DNA of 63,977 bases, the filler included, from Octopus bimaculoides (Eukaryota), in NCBI RefSeq assembly GCF_001194135.2. It is 10 parts of 8 records of this genome, joined end to end, with 100 filler letters (N's around TTAATTAATTAA, not from the genome) between each part and the next. Parts side by side here need not be neighbours in the genome. Positions count along the whole stretch, not along the records: positions 23,311 to 25,959 come from NW_026300504.1; positions 26,060 to 46,973 come from NC_068995.1; 8 more parts are not named here. The stretch is one strand, 5' to 3'. The notes beneath the pieces were generated by a model. It did no database searches and was not told the DNA's origin. It was given only the letters and a program-made list of their open reading frames with translations. Position numbers and translations under genes: made by a program. Shown piece after piece: positions 25,958-38,649 of this stretch. Position 1 is the first letter of the stretch. Every line of letters begins with the position of its first letter.

Positions 25958-27139
25958 TGNNNNNNNNNNNNNNNNNNNNNNNNNNNNNNNNNNNNNNNNN
26001 NNNTTAATTAATTAANNNNNNNNNNNNNNNNNNNNNNNNNNNNNNNNNNNNNNNNNNNNATATATATATATATATATATACGTATACATATATATGCATA
26101 CGTACACACATATATATATGCGTATGTATGTATGTATGTATGTATATGTGTGTATGTATGTGTTTTGTCACTCCTAGCAATAGGAAACAGCCGATTGACT
26201 GGATATCGATATGTATTCTATAGAATCTAGATATATTTAATTGGTCCATACATTCTGGGTGAAAATGTCACGTCCCTCCACTGACGTTATGGCGCGAAAC
26301 TACAATCTATCAACCGTATTAGTAGTCTCTTCTTTCATCGCCTATGGCTTCTAATTCACAGATTTTTGTGTGTGGATCTGTAGGTACGAATGAATGAAAT
26401 ATATAGTTGCCTGTGCGTGCTTGTACGAGCATATGTCTGTGTGTACGTGTGTATATACGTACATGTATTNNNNNNNNNNNNNNNNNNNNNNNNNNNNNNN
26501 NNNNNNNNNNNNNNNNNNNNNNNNNNNNNNNNNNNNNNNNNNNNNNNNNNNNNNNNNNNNNNNNNNNNNNNNNNNNNNNNNNNNNNNNNNNNNNNNNNNN
26601 NNNNNNNNNNNNNNNNNNNNNNNNNNNNNNNNNNNNNNNNNNNNNNNNNNNNNNNNNNNNNATATATATATATATACGTTTATACTTGTATTGAGTTTGT
26701 CACGAACAAAAAAGTATAGCGTACTCAACACTTGGTACAGAGTATATTACACAGATATACAAGCAATACACACACGATCACAAAGAGAAGTACACCGACA
26801 AACATATATATAATAGATGTGATATATATTTTATATAATAGATATGATATGTATTTTATATATATATATATAATATGTATGTGTGTACTTATACACACTG
26901 CGTCCCACATTATTAGGCAAATTAACCTTCTTTCAATAAATAAATGTATATTCGTTCAAAACCAGTTCTTTTCCCACTGACCGTTAGCAACACCTATCTG
27001 CATAAATTTTGTGCGTCCTCTTTTTCCTAACATTGCTTAACGTGTGTACACGCTTTCATTCTTCGTTATCAGTGTTGATGTTTACTACGTTTCTGTTACT
27101 TCAAGGTTGTTGACGGATAGATATTCATCAGCTAGTATA

Positions 27140-27240
27140 ATATTGTTTTCAGGTGTATTAGTTTGACGCTCGGGAAGGTGAGAAAGTCTTTTACGTTTCG
27201 AGCCTACGCTCTTCAACAGAAAGGAACACGAAGAAATAAA
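27140..27240 (-). mobile_element. Penelope-like LTR remnant
   Basis: Contains a minimal hammerhead-like motif; a second decayed copy lies at 60692-60770. Confidence 0.55.
27188..27224 (-). ncRNA. Minimal type I hammerhead-like motif with variant core
   Basis: Minus strand CCTTT-CTGTTGA-A-GAGC-GTAG-GCTC-GAAA-CG-TA-AAAG: stem I CTTT/AAAG, stem II GAGC/GCTC, palindromic ACGT stem III. Confidence 0.5.
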
Positions 27241-27293
27241 CAGAGAGAGAATTTTTTTTTAAATTTTGGAGTTAGCGATCAATCATGGCGAAC

Positions 27294-27328
<35 letters not shown>

Positions 27329-28335
27329 GGTAATTCTTCAACAAGTAGAAAAGCACGCGATCGCCTAAAAGAATAAAGATAATGTTATAATAATCTTCTG
27401 GTCGAAATAATAATTTATTTCGCCATTTATCAAGTTGAGAACAAGACCGTTTGTCAGTTCTCTTTTGAGAAGACAACGTTTAAACAAGAGACACTGGTGA
27501 AAAAAAAATAACAAAAAAAAAACAGACAAAAAGGAAAAGACAAGGGAGATAACCAACTTTACAACAATTAGATGTCAAGCAGAGATGTTGACAAGATATT
27601 AATGGTTTACAAAGTGTCTGCTGGTCCACTTTTCAATTCCAACAAGTTGTATTTCTCGAAATGCAGATATACAGAAAAACATCGTTCCAGGAATTTATAT
27701 ATTCGTTGGAGTCTCTTACACTTTTTAAGAGATACATTTATTATAACATTATATATAATGTGAAATTCACTCTGCTCTACCTACCAAATGCATATGATTC
27801 AAACTGAATGTCTTCGGTTCTATTTTCTTTCTTTAGTTCACTCATTCGCATATACATACACATATATATGTGTATGTACATATATATATATATATNNNNN
27901 NNNNNNNNNNNNNNNNNNNNNNNNNNNNNNNNNNNNNNNNNNNNNNNNNNNNNNNNNNNNNNNNNNNNNNNNNNNNNNNNNNNNNNNNNNNNNNNNNNNN
28001 NNNNNNNNNNNNNNNNNNNNNNNNNNNNNNNNNNNNNNNNNNNNNNNNNNNNNNNNNNNNNNNNNNNNNNNNNNNNNNNNNNNNNNNNNNNNNNNNNNNN
28101 NNNNNNNNNNNNNNNNNNNNNNNNNNNNNNNNNNNNNNNNNNNNNNNNNNNNNNNNNNNNNNNNNNNNNNNNNNNNNNNNNNNNNNNNNNNNNNNNNNNN
28201 NNNNNNNNNNNNNNNNNNNNNNNNNNNNNNNNNNNNNNNNNNNNNNNNNNNNNNNTATATATATACTTAGCAGTATGTTTATACATTTTCTATTCCTCAA
28301 ACAAATTGCTAATTATCAATTTATATTTTTTTCAG

Positions 28336-28454
28336 GTGTGAGGAACTTGTTTCACTGTCGACGAAAACGGAGTTTATATATGGGAATGGAATCTTCCCGA
28401 ACTGAATCATTTCACAGTTCCACAATGGTTACCAAAGTGTAACCTCTGCAACAG
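28336..28454 (+). other. Candidate spliced exon (119 nt), product unknown
   Basis: CTAAT branch-like site, polypyrimidine TTATATTTTTTTCAG acceptor, CAG/GTAAAA donor. One frame is open apart from TGA at codon 2. Confidence 0.35.
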
Positions 28455-28595
28455 GTAAAAAAAAACATCCATATACATTACACTCTCAGTTCTTTTGTCG
28501 ATATAATCGTTTGTGTGCACGAATTTCAGCGATTTCATATATATATATATATCATTAGATTGAATACATGGATTGAATACACGGAAATTCATCCT

Positions 28596-28690
28596 TTTCT
28601 CTGACGAGTGGATGTATTACCTAATAATGATTAGCAATTTTGGATTTCATTTGGAAGGGTAATACATTCATGAAACGATCGTAACATATC
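28596..28690 (+). ncRNA. Type I hammerhead ribozyme-like motif
   Basis: CTGACGA (28601-28607); 14-bp stem II GTGGATGTATTACC/GGTAATACATTCAT (2 G-U); GAAA (28672-28675); stem III A-C-GATC-G-T; GUA cleavage triplet. Stem I is weak. Confidence 0.55.
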
Positions 28691-29280
28691 TCAAACATTT
28701 TAAATGAACATACTTTATATATTTATTTAGGCACACCGGGCTTATATTCCGGTATATAAGTACAATCTGTAGAGTACCGAAAGGCTTTGCTGTAGTACAC
28801 TATGCGTGGTACTAGTTATGTTTTACCCTGTTCTATATTCAATTTCCACTGATGATAATTTTACCTTTCGCTGTACGAGAATGGTTAAAATAAATAATAA
28901 CCAACTACTTGACCAGACGACATCACAAATTTATGTTCTAGTACAGCAGTTATAAATCACGACTTGTTTATGTTAATTTAATACACATTCAATGAATCTC
29001 ATTTATAAACATGCGGCAATATAAAGTCATGTCGCTGTATAAAATCACAACTTTACAATTCATAGCTGTAACACTTATGTTTAAAGTATAGCATGTTATA
29101 AAACTATGAAGTTCAAGTGAAGTCACTTAATGCTCAATGAAAAATACCGTATTAACTGGAGCACAGAGCAATCTCGAATATGATGTTGCCCACACGTTTT
29201 ATCTAAAAGATGTTGCAAAAAAATATATGTAAGTAAATATATTCAATATAATAAATCTCTCTCTCTCTGTATATGTCCTT

Positions 29281-29490
29281 TTCTACTCTAGGCACAGGGC
29301 CTGAAATTTTGGATGAGGGGGTCAGTCGATTAGATCGACTCCAGTATGCAACTGGTACTTAATTTATCGACCCCGAAAGGATGAAAGGTAAAGTCGACCG
29401 CGGCGGAATTTGAACTCAGAACGTAAAGACAGACGAAATACCGTTAAACATTTCGCCCGGCGTGCTAACGATTCTTCCAGCTCGCCGCCT
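29281..29490 (-). mobile_element. SINE, GGCGAGCTGG family (tail type B), full length
   Basis: Close match to the family consensus along its whole length. Confidence 0.92.
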
Positions 29491-29702
29491 CATAAATAGA
29501 TGTATATCTTATAACGAATATTTATTACGTAATAAATATATCTTTATCTTTCACTCTATTTCAGTGATACTCTCCAGCTCTTCTTGATATATTGTATTAA
29601 CCTTTCTCACATTGTAATACCAAATATGGTATTAATACATGCATACGTAAATACATACACACACACATATATACACTTAAGTATGTACATACATATTGTT
29701 AT

Positions 29703-29741
<39 letters not shown>

Positions 29742-29827
29742 TGTGTGTGTATGTGTGTGCTCCTGAGTACTGTATACAACAAGCACTGTAGCGCGCCTGA
29801 GCAGTGTACACAACGAGTTTAATATTT

Positions 29828-29850
29828 TTTATTATTATTATTATTATTAT

Positions 29851-29914
<64 letters not shown>

Positions 29915-29942
29915 ATTATTATTATTATTATTATTATTATTA
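29828..29942. repeat. Compound (ATT)n(ACT)n(GCT)n(ATT)n microsatellite
   Basis: Direct reading. Confidence 0.95.
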
Positions 29943-30219
29943 CATAATCATATGGCTGTGAGAAAACTTCGAGCACTCAATAGACAACTGCTTTAGTAAT
30001 ATGCACTAAATTATGACTGTTATAATTTTCTGCTTGTAAACTAGATTATTTATTTATTTATTCATATCTAAACGTTTCTTGAGGTTGGCTGCCGTCAACC
30101 GAAGAATCCGAACTTATTTCGGTTCATGACCGCATAAGACCTTTCAGCATAAGATTGTAATCCGTTTTACTCTTATATAATTCATACACTCGAAACATCA
30201 AGATACATATATATATATA

Positions 30220-30259
<40 letters not shown>

Positions 30260-30388
30260 TCTGTCTCTGTGTGTGTGTGTCTCTGTCTGTGTGTGTGTGT
30301 ATGTGTGTCTGAGTGTGTGTGTGTGTGTGTGTGTGTAAAGACTGAAGAAAAGAGGCGAGAGAGAGAAAGCGAGAGACAGAGAGGTTTT

Positions 30389-30449
<61 letters not shown>

Positions 30450-30989
30450 ACGATCTAAGCGCTGAGACACGGATACCCCGTTGTCTTGGTCAATTACGCC
30501 TCTCTGCTTCTGTTCAGTCGGTTTATTCAACTATTCTCAATCACCATAATGTTTCTAAATAGTTGAAGTATGAACTCTGAGAAAACGATTACATTTGAAA
30601 TGATTCTATGAATAGACGGGGAATATCGATACACAACCAGAATATATTTATTGTTAAAATCTATCGATTTTTTTGTATTTTTTTTTATTTCATTGTTACT
30701 GTTTGTCCTTTGACTCGTTTATTACAAGAAATGCACTTAATTCTTAATCTTTAATGGTTAGCTTTTCCTTCATATACCTGTTTGTTTCAGGTGAGACAAA
30801 ATAACGTTTATATATTTCCAAAATAGCGTAATTGAAGTGAAGGAAAAAAAACTTGAGCTTGTAAAAAATATCTGACAGTGGTCAAGATTGCTATTAAAAA
30901 ATCCCGAACTGTTAAAAAAAGAAATGTTTCGTGTAGAGTTTGTTGAATTCTAACATTTTCGGTAATGCCTTTTTTTCTGGGTTTTTTTT

Positions 30990-31520
30990 GTTTTTTTTTC
31001 TTCGGTAATGAAAATAACATTATTCCACTTCTGAAATCGAAGCTGGATGGCAAAATCTCCACGTTGGCATATTAATTCTTGCACCCTTGATGATAGAGGA
31101 TTGACAAAAGGAAAATGGAATTTTTATTTACTTTTTTTTATTTTTGTTTGATATTGCTATCAAAATATTCCTTGGAATAAAAGATTCCATAATATTGTTC
31201 TGCTAATTACGACATTAGGTTCGAATGTCACGTTTGCAGCATTATCTATGGAACGAAATCAGAAAGTACTTTGAACGGTAATAGCCAAACAGGCACTATA
31301 TTAGAAGAGGCTTGTTGAAAGTGCCGCATCGTGGAATTGAATCCTCATTTTTTCATATATAGAGAGTTGTTATTAGAGTTGTTCATTATCTTTGTAATAC
31401 CAAAATTATTTGCAATTTGGTATCTCTGGCCGGGATTTTCTCGAACGATTTCTACGTCCTAGTCTTTCTGTACTGGTACCTTACCAACAGGAGTCTTTAA
31501 CGTCTTCAACTAAAAGTCGT
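30990..31520 (-). mobile_element. Decayed Tigger/pogo (CENP-B-like) transposase N-terminal fragment
   Basis: Minus strand EIVRENPGQRYQIANNFGITK (psq-type HTH), PNVVISRTIL, LRFQKWNNVIF (CENP-B HTH-like). Confidence 0.45.
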
Positions 31521-31627
31521 CCAGTTGAGCAGCTTTCCTGATTCGGGATTCAGTAAGACTTTTTATTTCAACTTCTGTGTGATCACTTGGTGAGTTAGAA
31601 ATAGCAGTCAAATCTCTCTTAAATTAT

Positions 31628-31845
31628 CCCTTCTATTAAAGGTACAGTGCCTGAAATTTGAGGAGAGTGGATAGTCGATCAAATCAATCCCAGTGTTTCA
31701 CAGATATTTAATTTATTGAACCCAAGAGGGATGTAAGGCAAAGTCGACTTCGTCGGAATTTGAACTCAGAACATGAAGACAGACGATATGTCGCTCAACA
31801 TTTCACCCGGCGCGCTAAGGACTCTGCCAGCTAGCCAACCGCCTT
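31628..31845 (-). mobile_element. SINE, GGCGAGCTGG family, with 18-bp TSD
   Basis: Direct repeat AAATCTCTCTTAAATTAT at 31610-31627 and 31846-31863. Confidence 0.9.
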
Positions 31846-32349
31846 AAATCTCTCTTAAATTATGTTCTATTATCTTGAGAAAGGAATGAAATATTGGATA
31901 ATGTAGCACTAGAGCCTCAATCTTTAAGAAGCTTAGTACGCCTTTGATTATTAGCTTGCGTGATTGAGATTGATCTCAAGCAAAACACTAATAGCAACAA
32001 CAACTGTCGTAACCACAACTTCTACTATTGTAGTAGTGCTGATGCTCCTACTGCTGTTGCTACCGCTGCTGCTACTGCTGCTGCAACAATAGTCACACCA
32101 CAACCTGGCAAAAATTGATTTCGTTTATCTTGACAGAAAATTCATCTGTGCCGGGTTACAACGACTCAATGATATTTTTATCGATCTCGAAACGGATGGA
32201 AATATAAGATAACTGGTTGATAGGAAACTAAGCACTAAGATAAAATGAGCCAACGTAGGATCCTTTACGTAGTCATTTGACCTGCTAGAAATAGCAATTC
32301 AGTCTCCCACAAATCACTAAACATCAACAGCTGTTAACACACCGTACTT

Positions 32350-32458
32350 AAAGATAAAGTCGACCTCGACGGAATTTGACCTCAGAACGTAAAGATGGAC
32401 AAAATGCCGCTTAGCATATTGTCCGGTGTGCAAACGATTCTGCCAGCTTGTCTCCTTT
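32350..32458 (-). mobile_element. SINE, GGCGAGCTGG family, 5' half
   Basis: GTCGACCTCGACGGAATTTGACCTCAGAACG..GATTCTGCCAGCT. Confidence 0.85.
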
Positions 32459-32981
32459 AATATTACCAAATAGATTTTTTTTTTTTTGTTCACAAGAGAC
32501 AGCGGACGTAGTTGGTGCTCAAATCTCCGCAGGTAATCCCAGACTGAACAAGTTGTTACTCGCCTTCAAATTATACCTATTAAGAAAACCAGAACAGATA
32601 AATAATTTCAGAAGGATGTAATCCAAGGAAAAAGAATTTGGGAAAAATTTAGCGTAAGGTTTAAAGAACAAAGACATGTGGAGTGAGTTGAGAAATGTTC
32701 GGATACAGATTTTTACTGGTGGATTTGGAGGCTGAGATGAAATAGAAATGATGAAAATAATGAGCCGGATCGGCTTGGATTGAGATGATTCACAATTTGC
32801 TAGTCAGGGAAGATTCCATTAAAGATAGAAAAGCCAGAGAAAGGAAACAAATTGTCTGAGAGCAATAGGTTGTACGCATCGATAAATTGTATATACACCA
32901 ATCAGCCGGGTAGCCATTTCTTTTATTTTGTACGTGGTCTAGAATGTTTGTGTGACAGCAGCAATATTTCATCATCATCAT

Positions 32982-33178
32982 CGGCGAGCTGGCAGAATCT
33001 TTATCACGCCGGGCGATATGCTTAGCGGTATATCGTCCGTCTTTATGTTCTAAGTTCAAATTCCGCCAAGGTTAAAATTTGCCTTTCATCCTTTCGGCGT
33101 CGATAAATTAAGCACCAGTGAAACAATGGAGTCCCCTCCCCAAAATGTTCAGGCCTTGTACCTTTAGTAGAAAGTATT
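32982..33178 (+). mobile_element. SINE, GGCGAGCTGG family (tail type B)
   Basis: Head, central domain and CCCCAAAATGTTCAGGCCTTGTACC tail. Confidence 0.88.
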
Positions 33179-34696
33179 ATTTCAGGTATGTAAAATTCAT
33201 TCTTACGTCAGTTTTACCTGAGATTTATAGAAAATCAGAATTAAAATAATATTGTTTGTCCTTGAAGGAAGATATTCAATGTATGTAGAGAAATTATCAA
33301 TTGCATGTTCTCGATTTTATCTAATATAGTTGCCCTTTTACCAATTTTTCTTTCGTTTTAGAGTATATAGACACACGCACACACATACATACATACATAT
33401 ATACATACATACATACATACATATATATATGTATATATATATATACATTTAAAACAGAATATTATACGTTTATAAAGTTCTTTGGTTTTTTTTAAATTAA
33501 TTTATTCTATTAATGTCTTTTCTGTTTATCCAATAATCTTTAACAAAATTCCAGTATATATTCATTTAATTATTTGAAAAAAGATAATTTTTCAATTCAT
33601 ATAGTTTTGTTGCCGATTCTCTCATGAAAAGATGTTTATTTTCTCCAAATATTCCATTAAATTTTCATTTGTTTTGTGTATAGCTATTTTTCTTCTGAAT
33701 CCTTTTATTCTTCAAGTCTTTACTTTTATTTCGTTGAATTATTTCATTTGTTTTTTTGGGTTTTTCTTTTTTTTTTTAGTGGGGGGGGGGGTAATTAAAT
33801 TTCTATGAATTCAATTGTTTTTCTAGCTTTATGTATTTGAACATTACTACATTTTCTCAGGTGGTGTGCGTTCGGATACATTTTTCTACATTATTCTTTA
33901 TTAAATGCACTTTACGTTATTTCTCCCTTTTTCTTAAGTTACTTGCTTTCATATTTTTGCTTCTATTGATTTCAGCTGTAACTGTTATAGCTTGTGGTAT
34001 TGCATAAATTATATCAGTAATATTTATTTCATTTCCTTACATCAAAATTACTTTTAGTGCATTGTTATTGATTCATTAATATTCTGTTTTAATATTGAAT
34101 AACATGTTCTTACCCCGAAGTTGATGAAAAGAATTTTTTTTATTTCTCAAAGTTTCACTTTAATATTTGGTTTCGTAATTCATATTGAACTTGTAATATG
34201 CTTTTTGTAGACAAGACAATATTTCTATCGGGGTTAGTCGTTATTATATTATGTATCAATGTTCAATTTTGTATGTTAGTCATCGAAGAAAAAAAACTCA
34301 TGTTTGTGGAGTCATTAGAGCTGGAAGCTGGAAGAGATGAAGAGTGTGAGGCTAGAGTGTGTGATTAGAAACTCACCTGAAATGTACAGGATCAAAAGAT
34401 AAGTCATTACCACATAGTTGTGACATGAAATATATTGCGATTATAAAAATGTGCTTTATTTTTTTTCTCCCTTTACATCCGGTTTCAAACATGTTCAAGA
34501 TTTCTCCACTGGATTTCATTCAATTTTTTTCGCTTGCTATAATAATCTATGTGTGTACGTTTATGCCTATATTAAAGGATTTTTCAAGGCTAATAACGCA
34601 GAATTCGGTATTCTACCAAGGCATCCATGTTAAATTGGATATAAAGATTATCTGTTGGTATTAATGCTGCTTCTGTCGCTAATACTCTTTTTTTTT

Positions 34697-35070
34697 TTTT
34701 ACTTGTTTCAGTCATTTGACTGCGGCCATGCTGGAGCACCGCCTTTAGTCGAACAAATCGACCCCAGGATTTATTCTTTGAAAGCCTAGTACTTATTCTA
34801 TCGGTCTCTTTTGCCGAACCGCTACGTTACGGGACGTAAACACACCACCATCGGTTGTCAAGCGATGTGGGGGGGGGGGGGAGGCAAACACAGACACACA
34901 AACACATATACATATATACGACGGTCTTCTTTCAGTTTCCGTCTACCAAATCCACTCACAAGGCTTTGGCCTGCCCGAGGCTATAGTAGAAGACACTTTC
35001 TCAAAGTGCCACGCAGTGGGACTGAACCCGGAACCATGTGGTTGGTAAGCAAGCTACTTACCACACAGCC
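34697..35070 (-). mobile_element. CORE-type SINE, full length
   Basis: Matches 5643-5996 along its whole length. Confidence 0.92.
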
Positions 35071-35372
35071 ACGCAATATTTTTAAATCTATCAAAGTGTA
35101 TAGTTACTAGGTTGTTAAAAGATGGTTCCTCGTTGATCAAATAAATTTATTGCAAATGTTTCAGCACTTCTAACTAGCGAAATCGATTTTTGACCCCGCA
35201 GTGTGTATCCACTGGGTTTGATTCAAATTACTTATTTTTCCAGATGAGTAATTAAAAAGAAAAAACTGAGTACCGTGAGGAGGTGATCGAAATGAAGGTG
35301 AATAGTTCTGAGCGATGGGCATCCGTAAATTATACGAATAGAAAAGAAACGTTTGCATCGTATTGTTGCTGA

Positions 35373-35403
<31 letters not shown>

Positions 35404-35559
35404 CGTTGTTGTCCTTGTTGTTGTGTGGCCCAACTTAGCTCTATCGTACAGGTCTACGACGCGCGAGTAGTCGTACAAACAACTAAAAGTGTCCGTAGAT
35501 ATGTTGTTCCAGATATACTGTCCATCCTCCTTGCTGAGAGCCATACCACACATTTTAAC

Positions 35560-36160
35560 TTGGGTGGTATACACAACCAGGTAATAAATTTACCTGAGTA
35601 GTTAAAAGTGAATCTGTCTCCCGGTAATGGGTTCTTGTTTAGGATGGAGGTCAAAAATAAATTTTGACGGCTGAGAAACCGGCGGCGTGAAGGATGATGA
35701 TATACAAAGATTTAATACTAGAATTAAACAGGAGTTTAGAGGACCCATGAGAGGAGATAAAGAAATTGAAGAAGAGCAGAACGTGCATGATGGCAAAGCA
35801 GCAACCAAGGGAGATAAGTGGGACGACGTAGTTAAGGATTAGTTCGGTAAGACAGTTACAAGCAGAGAGTATCGGGCAACCGGAAATGTGGTCTTGAATG
35901 AAGAAAGTAGATAGTGTATCACCCAGGCGTTTTGTCGGTGATGTTAGTAGTTGCAAGATGAGATGAGATGAGCTGGGATACCATGGTGCAGACGAGTTTT
36001 TGGACTGGAACAATGTTGTCTCGGGTAGTTCAGGTAGCAGTGCCGGTCACTAATTTCACGGTGGATTTCTTCCCAGTAAAGATTCAGATGCTTAACTCGT
36101 CAAGATCGCCGTACATGTGCCAAGGGAGTAAATGGAATAATATTTCATGTCCATATTTAA
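35560..36160 (-). mobile_element. Probable decayed Penelope-like GIY-YIG region
   Basis: FTGKKSTVK.. and TSPTKRLGDTLS..DHISGCPI resemble GET.RRLGDRF.EH..PV of Penelope endonucleases. Confidence 0.4.
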
Positions 36161-37252
36161 ACTAATAGTTACATTTTATAACTCACAACTGAAAGTATTG
36201 AAAGTTTTGGCATCGAGCAAAGGGAAATAACAAGTGAAAGCAAGTTTCCAATCCGCCCCATTGATGTTTCATAGTTGTTGGTATCTTCGGTTACGTGACA
36301 TAAATTTGCAAGCTCTTAAAAATTGCTTCTTTTTCTTTTAGTTATTGTTGCTGTTTAATGTTCTTGTTTTGTTTTTGTTTTGGGGTTGTTGTTGTTTTTT
36401 AACAGCATCCATTTGAAGTTTGTTTCTACTTTTATCTTTCTCGATAATTTGTAAAGAAACTATGAAAACATATCGACAGCAATTCTAAAAGAAATGGCTT
36501 ACTGTGCTAACATTCAGTAAGTGGCCATGCTCAGTTCAATTCTTATTGATCTATATAAAAGCGTACAGCATAGCAAAATATTCTATATCAGTAAGTTAAA
36601 CAAGCAACAAAAAGTGCATAAGAGAACGCTTCTATTTGAAGCAATTCCTGTTGCCGTTTTTTTTGTTTTTTGTTTTTTCATAAGAAAATTAGATGAAACC
36701 CCAATGTTGGAAGCTAAATTAGCAACGTATATACTTGATGCCATTCTTCATTTAATACCTTTTAGTAGCTCATTTAGTGGATCTGTGCAAAAATAAAATG
36801 CTTAAAAGCGAAATTATTTCCCAAGTGAAGTGTTGCATCGTACCAAATGTGCAAATATTGGAAAGAATTTACTTGTTCCATACTTTGATGGAGAATTGAT
36901 TTCTGATGTAGGAAATGTAAATGTTTTTGCACTTCTATTAGATTAATCTGTTTGTATCATGGTTAACAAATTTCTGGGAATGGGATGGAAATGGTTGTAG
37001 TGTATTTTAGTAACAATTGTAAAAATACGTACGTAGTTATCTTGATTTGGTACTTTTAGAAGAGTGTGATGCCAAATGGAATTGTAGATTCTTTGAGAGA
37101 AAAAAAAAACAACGTACAGCTACAGCAACCAATAAGAAAGAAATTAAACGTTAGATATTGATTGGTTATCGGTTATTGGAACTGACAATGCCAGTGTCAT
37201 GGTAACAGTTAACAATGGTACCAAAGAAGTTCCATCATCATTTCGGTTTGCG

Positions 37253-37322
<70 letters not shown>

Positions 37323-37673
37323 NNNNNNNNNNNNNNNNNNNNNNNNNNNNNNNNNNNNNNNNNNNNNNNNNNNNNNNNNNNNNNNNNNNNNNNNNNNNNN
37401 NNNNNNNNNNNNNNNNNNNNNNNNNNNNNNNNNNNNNNNNNNNNNNNNNNNNNNNNNNNNNNNNNNNNNNNNNNNNNNNNNNNNNNNNNNNNNNNNNNNN
37501 NNNNNNNNNNNNNNNNNNNNNNNNNNNNNNNNNNNNNNNNNNNNNNNNNNNNNNNNNNNNNNNNNNNNNNNNNNNNNNNNNNNNGTGCTGGTGGTGGTGC
37601 TGGTGCTGGTTTTGGTGGTGCTGGTAGTGCTGGTAGTGCTGGTGGTGGTGGTGCTGGTGGTAGTAGTAGCAGC

Positions 37674-37725
<52 letters not shown>

Positions 37726-37879
37726 ATAAATTCATTAACATTTTGCCGATTGATCGATTAGGTAGTTAGTTAAATGTTAACGAATTGATTGATGATAACA
37801 AAAGAAGTGAAATAGAACCACTGTGTGGGCATATTATTACTTTTACTATCATTACTATTATAATTATTACTTCTTTCAC

Positions 37880-37881
<2 letters not shown>

Positions 37882-37951
<70 letters not shown>

Positions 37952-37972
37952 TATTATTATTATTACTATTAT
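37882..37972. repeat. (TAT)n microsatellite
   Basis: Direct reading. Confidence 0.95.
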
Positions 37973-37979
37973 TCTTGTA

Positions 37980-38165
37980 AAGCTGGTGTGCTGGCAGAGT
38001 TGTTGGCGCATCGGAAAAAATGCATAACGGAAATTCAAATGCCGTCGTAGTCGATTTTGTCTTTAATCTTTTCGGGGATGATAAAATAGAGTACCTGTTG
38101 AGTTCTGGGCCCGTGGTAATCAACTTATTCCATCCCCTCAAGATTTCTGACCTCGTACTAAAATT
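37980..38165 (+). mobile_element. SINE, GGCGAGCTGG family, degenerate
   Basis: GCTGGCAGAGTTGTTGGCGCATCGG..GTCGATTTTGTCTTTAATCTTTTCGGGG..GAGTACC. Confidence 0.75.
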
Positions 38166-38649
38166 AGGAAGAAATATTAACATCATGACCTTTCCGAGAT
38201 AAAAAAAAAAATCGTTTCAATGCACAAGTTCCCATCAAGAATCTTGCAAAACGAAACTTAAGTGTTTCCCGCCTCATCAATTGAACCTGCTATGGATTAA
38301 GTTTTAATCCATGGTTTTAATTACAAACTCACCTTTAACTCATAGGATCAAAAGATAAGTCTTTACCACTCAGCTGTTACATGAAATCTATTGCGATTAT
38401 AGTTTCAAAACAACGCCAAATCATACATTCAAAATAAATGGAAGTGGAGAGACAAGTTACTGAAGAGATTGCAAGAGTGCAATGAAATTATTTAACAAAA
38501 AACTATATACTGTTTATAAATTAATAAAAGACTGAACCAAGGTTTAATTGTATTTCTTTCAACACACGTATCCACATCAAGAATCTTGCACACGAAATAC
38601 ACATACGAAAAAAATAATATGCTGTTTTTCCTTTTTTTTTTTTTCATTT

